From contig JAXGMI010000001.1 of the NCBI GenBank assembly GCA_040768745.1, positions 1,216,001 to 1,280,000 on the forward strand: a DNA stretch of 64,000 nucleotides, given 5' to 3'. A program made the translations under genes and the position numbers. Below are positions 9,387 to 19,332 of this stretch, piece by piece. Under the pieces are notes generated by a model. The model saw nothing but the letters and a program-made list of their open reading frames with translations. It did not search any database and was not told the DNA's origin. This stretch comes from Desulfomicrobium sp. GTDB taxonomy: Bacteria > Desulfobacterota > Desulfovibrionia > Desulfovibrionales > Desulfomicrobiaceae. How positions within the stretch are numbered: the first letter of the stretch is position 1; each line of letters starts with the position of its first letter.

Positions 9387-10682
9387 ATGTTCCGCGCCCT
9401 TTTCGCGTGCCTTCTTGTCCTGTCGGGGGTTGTCTCTGCCCATGCCTACGACTATCCGATCAAGGACCCCTATATGGCCACAATCATGGGTACACCTCCG
9501 CAGTATGAGTACCCTTTGGGGGATATCCGACCGGCAACATTCAAGGATCTGAATCCACTCAAGGATCTGGGCGCCATCCGTGGCCGGGAGATACTTTTGA
9601 AGGAGCGGCCGGTGCCGGACATTCTCTGGTACGAGGATACCCTGCAGTACTCCGTGGCCCTGCAGCGCAGAGTGGCTCCCCTGCTTTTCGTCATCGCCGG
9701 GACAGGATCCTCGCATCAGTCAGGCACCTGCCGCTACCTGCAGGACGTGTTCTATCGAGCGGGCTTCCATGTGGTCTGCCTGTCCTCCCCGACGTACCCC
9801 AATTTCGTGGTCAGCGTCTCTTCCACCCAGGTACCGGGCTATATTCCGCATGATGTGGCCGATCTGTACGCAAGCATGGACGCCATCGCCAACGAGATCG
9901 GCCGGGACAGAATCAACGGCTTTCATCTGACCGGATTCAGCCTGGGCGGGACCCAGTCCGCCTTTCTGGCGGAGCTGGACCAGCGGGAAAAGCGTTTTGG
10001 ATTCGGCAAGGTGTTGCTTCTCAATCCGGCTGTGAACCTGCTGACCTCGGTATCCATCCTGGACCACATGCTGGCGGACAACGTCACTGACCGGGCCGAG
10101 GCTGCGCGGATGGTGGCCGCCCTTGTGCAGGAATTGTCTGAAGCCTATCGCTCCAGTGACGAGGTCAATTTCGGGGATGAGTTTCTCTTTACGTTGTTTG
10201 ACAGCCGGCCATTGTCGGAAAAGGAACTGAAGATTCTGATCGGCGTGGCCTTCCGTCTTTCCCTGGCGTCCATGGTCTTTACCAGCGATGTCTGCACCGG
10301 AGCCGGATATATCGTTCCCAGGGGACATGTGGTGACACGGGAGGAGCCTCTTTCGCCCTATCTTGATGCGGCCGTAAGCGTAAGTTTTGACGATTACGTC
10401 GAGGAATACCTGATGCCGTTCCTGGCCTTTCACGACCCGACCATCACTCGCCAGAAGGCTCTGGCCGCATGCAGTCTGGAGGCCATTGCCCCGTTCCTGC
10501 GCACGAGCTCCAATGTGGCGGTCATGACCAACGCTGACGATCCGATCCTGACCCGGGACAATCTGTCCTTTCTCTCCCGAACATTCGGTCCGCGTCTGAC
10601 CCTTTATCCGGTCGGCGGGCACGGCGGCAATCTGCGCTATCGTGACAACGTAGCGGCCATGCTGGATTATTTCCGGAAGTGA
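9387..10682 (+). CDS. Exported alpha/beta-hydrolase fold protein
   Basis: Signal peptide (AHA), nucleophile elbow GFSLGG, NADD, GGHGGN. Overlaps the start of mlaA. Confidence 0.7.
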   Translation: MFRALFACLLVLSGVVSAHAYDYPIKDPYMATIMGTPPQYEYPLGDIRPATFKDLNPLKDLGAIRGREILLKERPVPDILWYEDTLQYSVALQRRVAPLLFVIAGTGSSHQSGTCRYLQDVFYRAGFHVVCLSSPTYPNFVVSVSSTQVPGYIPHDVADLYASMDAIANEIGRDRINGFHLTGFSLGGTQSAFLAELDQREKRFGFGKVLLLNPAVNLLTSVSILDHMLADNVTDRAEAARMVAALVQELSEAYRSSDEVNFGDEFLFTLFDSRPLSEKELKILIGVAFRLSLASMVFTSDVCTGAGYIVPRGHVVTREEPLSPYLDAAVSVSFDDYVEEYLMPFLAFHDPTITRQKALAACSLEAIAPFLRTSSNVAVMTNADDPILTRDNLSFLSRTFGPRLTLYPVGGHGGNLRYRDNVAAMLDYFRK

Positions 10683-10690
10683 GAACGACC

Positions 10691-11446
10691 ATGCGCATAC
10701 TTTTTCTCATTGTTCTGTTTGTCAGTGTCGTTGGTTGTGCAAGTGCTCCCGAACACCGGCCCGGGCCGTTTCAGGCTCCCGTGCATCGGGGTCTGGCAGA
10801 AGATTCGGCAGTGGAGCGTCCGTTCCTGGTGGAAGACCCCTGGGAAGGATTCAACCGCCGTATGTACCATTTCAACGCCCAGCTGGACCGCTACGTCTAT
10901 CTGCCGGTAGTCAATGTGTACGAAGAGATACTACCTGACCCAGTGCAGCAGGGTGTATCCAATATTTTCAACAATCTCAAAGAGATTTCCATCTTCGTGA
11001 ACTCTGTCCTGCAGGGCAAGGCCAAGAAGGCGTCCGTGTCCCTGGGGCGGTTCATATTCAACACGACCATCGGGGTGGGGGGCCTTTTTGACGTGCTCGG
11101 CAACGGGGGCATCCCCCAGGAGCAGGAAGATTTCGGACAGACCCTGGGTTTTTGGGGAGCTCCAGCAGGCCCCTATCTCATCCTTCCGGTGTTCGGCCCC
11201 TCCAATGTCCGCGATACCGGAGGGTTGGCCGTGGATGCGGTCATGAACCTCAACCCTGCGGACATGTTCTTCGATGGCATGGGCTGGGCCGCCCGCAGCA
11301 CGGCCACCACGGGGGTGTATTCAGTCAAGGCCGTGGACGCGCGGCATCAGGTCAAGTTCCGTTACTACGAGACCGGCAGCCCCTTTGAGTATCAACTCGT
11401 CCGATTTTTCTCGAGCAAGAAGCGGGAGTTGGACATCCATAAATAG
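10691..11446 (+). CDS. mlaA: MlaA/VacJ family lipoprotein
   Basis: Lipobox VVGC; DPWEGFNRRMYHFN, RFIFNTTIGVGGLFDV, EDFGQTLG.WG...GPYLILPVFGPSNVRD. Confidence 0.88.
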   Translation: MRILFLIVLFVSVVGCASAPEHRPGPFQAPVHRGLAEDSAVERPFLVEDPWEGFNRRMYHFNAQLDRYVYLPVVNVYEEILPDPVQQGVSNIFNNLKEISIFVNSVLQGKAKKASVSLGRFIFNTTIGVGGLFDVLGNGGIPQEQEDFGQTLGFWGAPAGPYLILPVFGPSNVRDTGGLAVDAVMNLNPADMFFDGMGWAARSTATTGVYSVKAVDARHQVKFRYYETGSPFEYQLVRFFSSKKRELDIHK

Positions 11447-11467
11447 GCCTCGCACATCTCTCCGTCC

Positions 11468-11517
11468 TCCGGCGGGGAAGCCGCGTCGTTGCGGTTTTCC
11501 CGCCGGATTCGTTTTTT
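11468..11517 (+). terminator. Rho-independent terminator after mlaA
   Basis: CCGGCGGGGAAGCCGC...GCGGTTTTCCCGCCGG stem followed by a T-rich tract. Confidence 0.6.
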
Positions 11518-11564
11518 CCGGTCAAACATTGTCCTGCCACGTCGGAGCAGCAGCCCCTGATGCG

Positions 11565-11582
11565 TGCAAACCCAGGTTTGCA
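11565..11582. promoter_or_regulatory. Palindrome, candidate sigma54 enhancer (UAS)
   Basis: TGCAAACC-CA-GGTTTGCA, about 85-100 bp upstream of a sigma54-like promoter. A bEBP is encoded in the same cluster. Confidence 0.5.
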
Positions 11583-11664
11583 ACTGCAAAGGCAAGGTAC
11601 GACCCGTTGATTGCCCTTATTACATAGTCAGCTGTGATTGTTGATGTTTTATGGAGCGGGTGAT

Positions 11665-11680
11665 TGGTACGCCTTTTGAT
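11665..11680 (+). promoter_or_regulatory. Sigma54-like -24/-12 promoter
   Basis: TGGTAC-GCCTT-TTGAT versus consensus TGGCAC-N5-TTGC; the -12 GC is replaced by GA. Confidence 0.45.
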
Positions 11681-11744
11681 AGAAGGATCCTGAGAAGTGC
11701 CCGTAGCGGGAAGGATTTTCAATCAGCAGGAGGAAGAAACACCC

Positions 11745-13487
11745 ATGGCCCAAGACAGCAACGTCGTCATTGACCACGGCAAGAGCCAGTGGTCGGACTT
11801 GTGGAAGAAAGAGGACTACCTGGCCATCTGGCTCGGCTTCATTATCATCGCCGTGTGCATCCTGGCCTACACCAGCTTCGGCCCCAAGGATGAATTCGCC
11901 GCAAAGATCCAGGCCGCCAATGAGATCCAGGCCGCCGAGGCGGCCAAGGCCCCCTTCAAGACCATCGCCTGGTACAAGGCTCAGGACGACAAGGGCAAGC
12001 TCCGGGGGAGTAGCACCCCCTTCGGCAAGTTCGCCGCGCACTGGACCAAGAAGCCGGGTGCCTGGACGTCCAACCCCCTCGACGCTTTGATGCAGAGTGA
12101 AGAGCAGGCCAAGGCCAAGAATGAAAAGGCCATGCCCAAGTATGAAGAGGCCAAGGGCAAGGCCGAGGCCGCGCTGACCGCCGCCGTTGCCGCCGAGGAA
12201 GCCGCCGCTGGCGCCATGTTCAAAGACACGGCCTTGAACGAAGACGCTTCCGCCAAGATCAAGGCCTGGCGTGACGCCAACAAGGCCGCCGGCGACGCCA
12301 AGAAGAAGACCGAGAACAAGGCCTTCAACCTGATCCCCAGTCTCATCGGTTTGTGCGTGTTCCTGGCCCTGGCCTTCGGCGTGGGCATCGCCATGATGGG
12401 CAAGAACATGATGGAGTTCGTACAGGGCTTCACCATGGTCTTCCTGGTCGCCGTTCTGGCCTATGTACTGGGCGGCCAGGCCATCTCCAAGCAGTACGGT
12501 TTCGGCGCCGAGGCCTGGGGCGTGGTCCTGGGCATGCTCATCGCCAACACCGTGGGCACCCCCAAATGGGTGCTGCCGTCCTGCCAGGTCGAGTTCTTCA
12601 TCAAGACCGGCCTCGTGCTCCTGGGCGCCGAGGTCCTCTTCAACAAGATCGTGGCCATCGGCATCCCCGGCATCTTCGTGGCCTGGGTCGTCACGCCCAT
12701 TGTCATCGTCGTGACCTACGCTTTTGGTCAGACCATACTGAAGATGCCTTCGCGGACCCTGAACATCGTCATCTCCGCCGACATGTCGGTCTGCGGCACC
12801 TCCGCGGCCATCGCCACGGCGGCGGCCTGCCGGGCCAAGAAGGAGGAGCTGACCCTGTCCATCGGCCTGTCCCTGGTCTTCACCGCCATCATGATGATCG
12901 CCATGCCGGCCTTCATCAAGGCCGTGGGCATGCCCGAGGTCCTTGGCGGGGCCTGGATGGGCGGCACCATCGACTCCACCGGCGCGGTGGCCGCGGCCGG
13001 CGCGTTCCTGGGACAGAAGGCCATGTACGTGGCCGCGACCATCAAGATGATCCAGAACGTCATGATCGGCGTGACGGCCTTCTGCGTCGCGCTCTACTGG
13101 GTCACCAAGGTCGAGGCCACCGAAACGGGCCACACCGTCGGGGCTGGCGAAATCTGGCATCGCTTCCCCAAGTTCGTGCTGGGCTTCATCGCCGCATCCA
13201 TCATGTTCTCGATCCTGGATCAGGGCATGGGCAAGGACCTGGGCGACGCGGTCATGGAACATGGCATCGTGCGCGGCGGGACCAGGCTCCTGCGCGACTG
13301 GTTCTTCGCCCTGTCCTTCGCCGCCATCGGCCTGTCCACCAACTTCCGCGAGCTGGCCAAGTACTTCAAGGGCGGCAAGCCGGTCATCCTGTACGTCTGC
13401 GGCCAGAGCTTCAACCTGGCCCTGACCCTGGCCATGGCCTACGTCATGTTCTACGTGGTCTTCCCGGAAATCACGGCCAAGATCTAA
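11745..13487 (+). CDS. YeiH/UPF0324 (putative sulfate exporter) family membrane protein with long Ala/Lys-rich N-terminal loop
   Basis: [73 protein letters not shown]. Confidence 0.88.
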   Translation: MAQDSNVVIDHGKSQWSDLWKKEDYLAIWLGFIIIAVCILAYTSFGPKDEFAAKIQAANEIQAAEAAKAPFKTIAWYKAQDDKGKLRGSSTPFGKFAAHWTKKPGAWTSNPLDALMQSEEQAKAKNEKAMPKYEEAKGKAEAALTAAVAAEEAAAGAMFKDTALNEDASAKIKAWRDANKAAGDAKKKTENKAFNLIPSLIGLCVFLALAFGVGIAMMGKNMMEFVQGFTMVFLVAVLAYVLGGQAISKQYGFGAEAWGVVLGMLIANTVGTPKWVLPSCQVEFFIKTGLVLLGAEVLFNKIVAIGIPGIFVAWVVTPIVIVVTYAFGQTILKMPSRTLNIVISADMSVCGTSAAIATAAACRAKKEELTLSIGLSLVFTAIMMIAMPAFIKAVGMPEVLGGAWMGGTIDSTGAVAAAGAFLGQKAMYVAATIKMIQNVMIGVTAFCVALYWVTKVEATETGHTVGAGEIWHRFPKFVLGFIAASIMFSILDQGMGKDLGDAVMEHGIVRGGTRLLRDWFFALSFAAIGLSTNFRELAKYFKGGKPVILYVCGQSFNLALTLAMAYVMFYVVFPEITAKI

Positions 13488-13497
13488 AACCACATAT

Positions 13498-13525
13498 CGG
13501 CCGGGAGGGTTCGCCCTCCCGGCCG
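13498..13525 (+). other. Intercistronic GC hairpin with TTCG loop (no U-tract)
   Basis: CGGCCGGGAGGG-TTCG-CCCTCCCGGCCG, perfect 12-bp stem. Confidence 0.6.
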
Positions 13526-13541
13526 CACAGGACCCCAAGCC

Positions 13542-13775
13542 ATGAACCCACAAAGCTTGCCCGTGCGACTGAGGAATTTCGTCCTGGCCCTGGGCATGGC
13601 CCTGGCCTTCGTCTATCTCTTCCTGCCCATGCTGACCAACTCCGTCGGGGTGCTGCACCGCATGTCTCTGTACCTGGCGGACAACGGCATCGACCCCACG
13701 CGGTACTACTACACCGACGTGGAGCAGGTGAAGGAAGGGGAGAACTATCTGTACGAGGTTCTCAAGCAGCGATGA
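13542..13775 (+). CDS. Small membrane protein (77 aa), unknown function
   Basis: One TM helix followed by GIDPTRYYYTDVE. Codon usage matches the neighbouring genes; RBS AGGA. Confidence 0.7.
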   Translation: MNPQSLPVRLRNFVLALGMALAFVYLFLPMLTNSVGVLHRMSLYLADNGIDPTRYYYTDVEQVKEGENYLYEVLKQR

Positions 13776-13939
13776 ACGCCACCGCTCCCGGCCGGCCGCC
13801 TCGTCCGGCCCTTGCCAGTCCACCCCGTCTCGTCTAATCGAATTCGTGAGGCGCCCGTCCACCGGCGGCGCGCCCTCCCGGCCCGATCATCTCCGTCCGC
13901 CGCTCCTCCGCCGAAGCGGCACTGGTCCCAGGCAGGCCC

Positions 13940-16357
13940 ATGCATATCCCGAAGCCTTTGAGAATACAGACCAAGTTCGTCTCCGGCCTGCTCGTTGCCG
14001 CCCTCATCCTGGGCATCGGTTTCTCCACCGGGTTCTACCTGCACATGAAGAACGTCCTCGAGGAGGAGGTCCAGGACAAGGCCCTGCTCATCTTCAAGAA
14101 CGTGGACTCCATCCAGCACTACGTGCGCGACGTGCTCCGGCCGGCCATGTACGAGCGCCTGCCGGCGACCTTCGTCATCGAGGCCATGTCCTCCTCCTAC
14201 ATCTCCCGGACCATCATGGCCTCCATCAACGACGACCACGAGGGCGTGGTCTACCGCCGCGTGGCCATCGAGGCGCGCAACCCGGCCTATGAGGCCAACG
14301 TCCACGAGCGGGACCTGATCGGCTATTTCCGCGCCAATCCGGAACAGACCCTCTGGCAGGGCTACAAGACCATGGACGACGAGAGGTACTACATCAAGGC
14401 CCGCGCCGTGCGCTTCGACGAGAGCTGCATGTACTGCCACGGGCAGCCCGAGGACGCGCCGCCCGAGCTGGCCTCTCTCTACGGGGGCAGAGGGTTCGGC
14501 AAGGAGCTGGGCGCCATCGCCGGCGTGGATTTCGTGGGCATCTCCGTGCACAGCAGCGTGGGCCGTGTGCAGCAGACCATCCTGACCTACTTCTCCTTTT
14601 TCGCCTTCGGGGCTCTTCTCTTTTTTTCGGCCACCAACGTCCTGTTCCGGGTGCTCGTGGTCAACAACCTGAAGCGTCTGAACAACGTCTTCCGGCGCAA
14701 CGTGGCCGACGCCGAGGGGTCGGCCATCCTGCGCAAGCTGGAACAGGGCGACGAGATCGAGGAACTGGTCGAAGGCATGGAGCAGATGGGGGATCACCTC
14801 TACGAGGCCCGGCGCCAGCTTCAGGACTACGCCGAGAACCTGCGTCGCATGGTCGACGAACGCACCGACGAGCTGTCCCACGAGGCGGCCGCCCGACAGG
14901 CCGACGTGCAGCTCTTTGTCAGCCTCCTCGACGACATGCGCCGCAGCGGTTCGCGCTCCGAGCTGTGGCGCCTGGCCCTGCCCCAGATTTGCAGGAGGTT
15001 CGAGGCCAGCCGCATCGCCTATGTCTGCACCATGGCCTCCCAGAATTATTTCGTCTGGCCCGAGTCGGACGAGAGCCCCGAGATGCCCGAGGATTTCGTT
15101 GGGGCGCTGACCAGCAGCGCCTGCGTGCTGTCCGGTTCGAGGATATTCGTGCCCGTCGAATCCAGTTCGGGCAACGCCGAGGGCATTCTCTGCCTGTACT
15201 GGGAGACCGAGGCCGAAGCCTCCCGCCACGACCAGGGCGTGCTGCAGGCCCTGGGCCGCCAGCTCGGCACGGCGGCGGAAAACCTGACAGCCATCGACAG
15301 CCTCATCCGGCAGATGAACGTGCTGGAGACTATCGTCGAGGGCATCACCGACCCCCTGGCCCTCATGGATTCGAGTTGCGCCGTGCTGACCGTGAACCAG
15401 GCCGCCCGCAACCTGACCTCGGAACTGACGGACGGGCAGCGCACGGACGGGAACATGCTGGCCATCTTCTACGACCCCGAGGTCGGGCAGTGCCCCATGC
15501 TGGAGGCCATCCGCCGCGGGACCCCGGACCAGCGTGAAGTGGAGCTGCCCGGCGGGCGCTCCTTCTCCCTGTCCATGTACCCGGCCCGCGGCCAGGGCGG
15601 CCAGACGGACTGCGTGGTGGTCTACGTGCGGGAGACCACGATGGAGAAGCGGATGCGCGCCCAGGTCTGGCATTCCGAGAAGATGGCCACCGTGGGCAAG
15701 CTCACGGCCGGTCTGGCCCACGAGATCAACAACCCCCTCGGGGTCATCCTCTGCTACGCCGGCCTCCTGCGGCAGGTCATCACGGACCCGCAGCAGGTCG
15801 CGGACCTGGATGTCATCGAGCGCCACACCCGGCAGGCGCAGCGCGTCCTGCAGGAGCTCCTCAACTTCGCCCGGCCCAAGACTGCCGGTTCGGGCACGGC
15901 CGACGCCTGCGGCGTGGCCGCCTCGGTCCGGGACGTCTTTTCCGTGCAAGCGGCCAAAAAAAGCGCGCGGCTCTGGCTTGATTGTCCGGCCGAGCCGCTC
16001 ATGGTCCGCATGGGCATCGGGGAACTCGAGCAGGTCGTCAGCAACCTCGTCATCAACGCCGTGGACGCGGTGGCCGAGGAGGGCGGCGAGATCGCGATCC
16101 GTGTCCGGTCGGCGGACAGCCGGGTGGCCATCATCGTGGAGGACAACGGTCCGGGCGTGTCTGCCGAGGATGCGCCGCACTTATTCGACCCCTTCTATTC
16201 CACCAAGGCCATCGGCGCCGGCACTGGCCTGGGCCTGACCGTGGTCTACGGCATGGTCCGCGACGCGGACGGCGAGGTCGCCGTGGAGCGCTCGCCCATG
16301 GGCGGGGCACGGTTCACGGTCCTGCTCCCGCCGGCCGCGGCCGAAGCCCTGCAGTGA
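13940..16357 (+). CDS. Sensor histidine kinase with periplasmic c-type heme (DUF3365/Tll0287-like) domain
   Basis: TM-periplasmic domain with ARNP.YEA and CMYCHG heme motif-TM-HAMP-like-GAF-like-PAS; H-box AGLAHEINNPL; GTGLGL. Confidence 0.88.
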   Translation: MHIPKPLRIQTKFVSGLLVAALILGIGFSTGFYLHMKNVLEEEVQDKALLIFKNVDSIQHYVRDVLRPAMYERLPATFVIEAMSSSYISRTIMASINDDHEGVVYRRVAIEARNPAYEANVHERDLIGYFRANPEQTLWQGYKTMDDERYYIKARAVRFDESCMYCHGQPEDAPPELASLYGGRGFGKELGAIAGVDFVGISVHSSVGRVQQTILTYFSFFAFGALLFFSATNVLFRVLVVNNLKRLNNVFRRNVADAEGSAILRKLEQGDEIEELVEGMEQMGDHLYEARRQLQDYAENLRRMVDERTDELSHEAAARQADVQLFVSLLDDMRRSGSRSELWRLALPQICRRFEASRIAYVCTMASQNYFVWPESDESPEMPEDFVGALTSSACVLSGSRIFVPVESSSGNAEGILCLYWETEAEASRHDQGVLQALGRQLGTAAENLTAIDSLIRQMNVLETIVEGITDPLALMDSSCAVLTVNQAARNLTSELTDGQRTDGNMLAIFYDPEVGQCPMLEAIRRGTPDQREVELPGGRSFSLSMYPARGQGGQTDCVVVYVRETTMEKRMRAQVWHSEKMATVGKLTAGLAHEINNPLGVILCYAGLLRQVITDPQQVADLDVIERHTRQAQRVLQELLNFARPKTAGSGTADACGVAASVRDVFSVQAAKKSARLWLDCPAEPLMVRMGIGELEQVVSNLVINAVDAVAEEGGEIAIRVRSADSRVAIIVEDNGPGVSAEDAPHLFDPFYSTKAIGAGTGLGLTVVYGMVRDADGEVAVERSPMGGARFTVLLPPAAAEALQ

Positions 16358-16370
16358 GGATGCCCGACAC

Positions 16371-17810
16371 ATGAACATGACAGCAGCGAACCATCACATT
16401 CAAGGGTTGCGGGTCGTCATCGTCGACGACGAGGCGGATTTCGCGCGCGGCCTGGCACGACTCGTCGGGGGCCGTTTTCCCGGTCTCGACGCGGTCGCCG
16501 TGCACAGCGGCGGCGAGGCGTTGCGCGTGCTGGCGGAAAAGCCGGCCCAGCTCATGATCACGGACCTGCGCATGCCGGAGATGACCGGGTTGCAACTCCT
16601 GAACCAGGCATTGGCCGTGCAGCCAGAGTTGAGCATGGTCGTACTCACGGCCTACGGGACCATCGAGACGGCCGTGGAGGCCCTGCGGGCCGGGGCCTAT
16701 GATTTCCTGACCAAGCCCATCGAACAGGATCAGCTCATCCGGGTGGTCGAGAAGGGGCTGGAGCGCAGCCGGCTGCTGGAGGAAAACAGCCGTCTGCGCC
16801 AGATTCTGGCCAGCAAGGAAGCGGGAGGGGAGCTGATCGGCGAGGGAACGGCCATGCGGCAGCTGAAGCGGACCATCGCGGCCGTGGCCCAGTCGGAGTA
16901 CACGGTCCTGGTCCGGGGTGAATCGGGCACGGGCAAGGAACTGGTGGCGCGCATGATCCATCATCTGGGGTCGAGGGCGGCTAGGCCGTTCCTGGCGGTC
17001 AACTGCCCGTCCATCCCCGAGAATCTGCTCGAAAGCGAGCTTTTCGGCCACGCCAAGGGATCCTTCACCGGCGCCGACCGCGACCACAAGGGGCTTTTCG
17101 CCGCCGCCGACAAGGGGACCATCCACCTCGACGAAATCGGCGACATCTCCCCGGCCGTGCAGACCAAGCTTCTGCGCGTGCTGCAGGAGGGCGAGGTCCG
17201 GCCCGTGGGTTCGAACCGCTCCGTGAAGGTCGACGTGCGCGTCATAGCCTCCACCAATCAGGACCTCGAGGCCGCCCTGAAGGCCAAGACCTTCCGGGAG
17301 GACCTCTACTACCGTCTGAACGTGCTCTCCATCACCCTGTTGCCCCTGCGGGACCGGTCCGAGGACATCCCGCTCCTGGCCGGGCATTTCTTCCGCGTGG
17401 CCTGCCGCGAGATGGGGCTGGCCGAGAAGACGGTGGACCCGGAGGTCCTGCACTGGATGGCGGGCAACCCCTGGCCCGGCAACGTGCGCGAACTGCAGAA
17501 CTTCGTGCGCCGGCTGACGGTCTTCGCCCCTTCGGACCGCGTGGACATGGGCCTAGTCCGTCTGGTGTGCCAGGACGGGTGCCTGCCCGTCCCCATGCCG
17601 GTCTGCGTTCCCGCGCCGCAGGCGCCCCTGGGGGATTACAAGGCCGCCAAGGCCGAGGTCGTCAACGCCTTCACCCTGGCCTACGTGCACGAGGTGCTGG
17701 CCCAGACCAAGGGCAACGTGTCGGAGGCCGCCAGGATCTCCGGCCTGTCGCGCGTGGCCCTGCAGAAGATTCTGGCCCGTCTGGGCGAGGATGCCTGGAA
17801 ATTTCGCTGA
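16371..17810 (+). CDS. Sigma54-dependent (NtrC-type) response regulator
   Basis: REC, GESGTGKE, ESELFGHAKGSFTGA, WPGNVREL, Fis-type HTH GNVSEAARISG. Confidence 0.93.
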   Translation: MNMTAANHHIQGLRVVIVDDEADFARGLARLVGGRFPGLDAVAVHSGGEALRVLAEKPAQLMITDLRMPEMTGLQLLNQALAVQPELSMVVLTAYGTIETAVEALRAGAYDFLTKPIEQDQLIRVVEKGLERSRLLEENSRLRQILASKEAGGELIGEGTAMRQLKRTIAAVAQSEYTVLVRGESGTGKELVARMIHHLGSRAARPFLAVNCPSIPENLLESELFGHAKGSFTGADRDHKGLFAAADKGTIHLDEIGDISPAVQTKLLRVLQEGEVRPVGSNRSVKVDVRVIASTNQDLEAALKAKTFREDLYYRLNVLSITLLPLRDRSEDIPLLAGHFFRVACREMGLAEKTVDPEVLHWMAGNPWPGNVRELQNFVRRLTVFAPSDRVDMGLVRLVCQDGCLPVPMPVCVPAPQAPLGDYKAAKAEVVNAFTLAYVHEVLAQTKGNVSEAARISGLSRVALQKILARLGEDAWKFR

Positions 17811-17970
17811 ACGACACCCTGCGTCCTGAACTCTCCGGCCCAGGTCCAGGGCTGATGAGAAGCTGTGTTGAGCAGGACCCCGGCCGAACCGGACCGGCGT
17901 TCCGGACGATTCCGTGCATGGGCGGTGGCCCGATCGCACCGTGATCTTCCAGGACTCAATGTCGGCCAAT

Positions 17971-18462
17971 CTAAATCCGCTCACCCAGGTCTTCGCTGTC
18001 CCGGAAAACGACCCCCCTGATTCTCCTGTCTCGCGCCATTTTGAATGTCGACGTGAATTCGAGCACCGGCCGTTCCTGTTCATTGTAAACTATCGCCTGT
18101 CCCTGCACGATCCTGTCTTCCTGCGACACTACCCGGGCTCTGGCAATGACAACTCCCTGTTTGACCGGATACAGAAATACGGTTTCCAGAGAAATCGTTG
18201 CAAAATGGGTCCCCGGAGGCACAAGGCTCTTGATTGCCATGACGACGGCGGTATCCGCCAGGCTGACAAGTGCCCCGCCGTGCATCAGTCCGGCTCCCTG
18301 GGCGAGGTCGATGCGAAAAGGCATGGACAACACCGCACGTCCTCCAGCCGCTTCGACAATTTTCATATCCAGCAATCGTTCGAACGGTGCGCAACTGATC
18401 CAGGCCCCCATCTCGATCAGGTGCGGTCCTGTAAGCCCGGCGGGTTCTGATTTATCCTCCAC
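17971..18462 (-). CDS. PaaI family (hotdog fold) thioesterase
   Basis: APFERLL...AQGAGLMHGGALVSLADTAV motif. GTG start after an AG-rich RBS; start is uncertain. Confidence 0.8.
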   Translation of the reverse strand: MEDKSEPAGLTGPHLIEMGAWISCAPFERLLDMKIVEAAGGRAVLSMPFRIDLAQGAGLMHGGALVSLADTAVVMAIKSLVPPGTHFATISLETVFLYPVKQGVVIARARVVSQEDRIVQGQAIVYNEQERPVLEFTSTFKMARDRRIRGVVFRDSEDLGERI

Positions 18463-18772
18463 ACTCCTCTCCTCATATGTTGCAGAAACCATCACACGGA
18501 TACCCTGCATGCCCGAGGGGACCACAGCACGAACAAGTTGTGCAAACCAGCCCCGCCAAGATCTTCGTATGATTTAACGTAATGTCATTTCTCACGATAA
18601 GCGCAAGCATAAAGGTGGGCTGCTTGTGGTACAGCAGCGGGAGGGAAACCGATCATTGGGCAGAGCGGCAGCTCCCCATCGGATGACGCTGGCTGACAGG
18701 AGCACAAGCCAAGGCTTTGCTTTTCAAGGCGAGAGCAATGTTCTATAAAATACGCACATACAGGGAGGTAGC

Positions 18773-19327
18773 ATGATCACATTTCTTGTTCTTCTGGGAT
18801 TGGTGGCCGGGATAGTGCTGTGGGCCATTGGCATTTACAATGGCCTGGTACGCAAGCGGAACATGGTTGAAGAGGCCTGGAGCGGCATCGATGTGCAGCT
18901 CAAGAGGCGCACGGACCTGATTCCGAACCTGGTGTCCACGGTCAAGGCCTATGCGGCCCATGAAAAGGAAACCCTGGAAGAGGTGGTGCGGCTGCGAAAT
19001 CTGGCCCAGAACGCCCATGGCGTGGGGGAAACGGCCCAGGCCCAGGGGCTGCTGGGAGCGGCCTTGGGTAAGCTCATCGCCCTGGCAGAGAGCTATCCGG
19101 ATTTGAAGGCCAATACGAATTTTGCGCAACTTCAATCCACGTTGCAGGAAATCGAGGAGCAGATCCAGCTTTCCCGCCGCTACTACAACGGGGCGGCGCG
19201 CGATCTGAACATTGCCGTGGAATCTTTCCCGTCCAACCTGGTGGCCGGGCGTTTCGGGTTCGAGAAGGCGGAGTTCTTCGAGCTGGAGAACCTGGCCGAC
19301 CGGGCAGTTCCCTCCGTGGGGTTCTAG
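18773..19327 (+). CDS. lemA: LemA family protein
   Basis: YNGLV..RN.VEEAWSGIDVQLKRRTDLIPNLV, ESYPDLKA, RRYYN, FPSNLVA. Confidence 0.93.
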   Translation: MITFLVLLGLVAGIVLWAIGIYNGLVRKRNMVEEAWSGIDVQLKRRTDLIPNLVSTVKAYAAHEKETLEEVVRLRNLAQNAHGVGETAQAQGLLGAALGKLIALAESYPDLKANTNFAQLQSTLQEIEEQIQLSRRYYNGAARDLNIAVESFPSNLVAGRFGFEKAEFFELENLADRAVPSVGF

Positions 19328-19332
19328 AAGCG

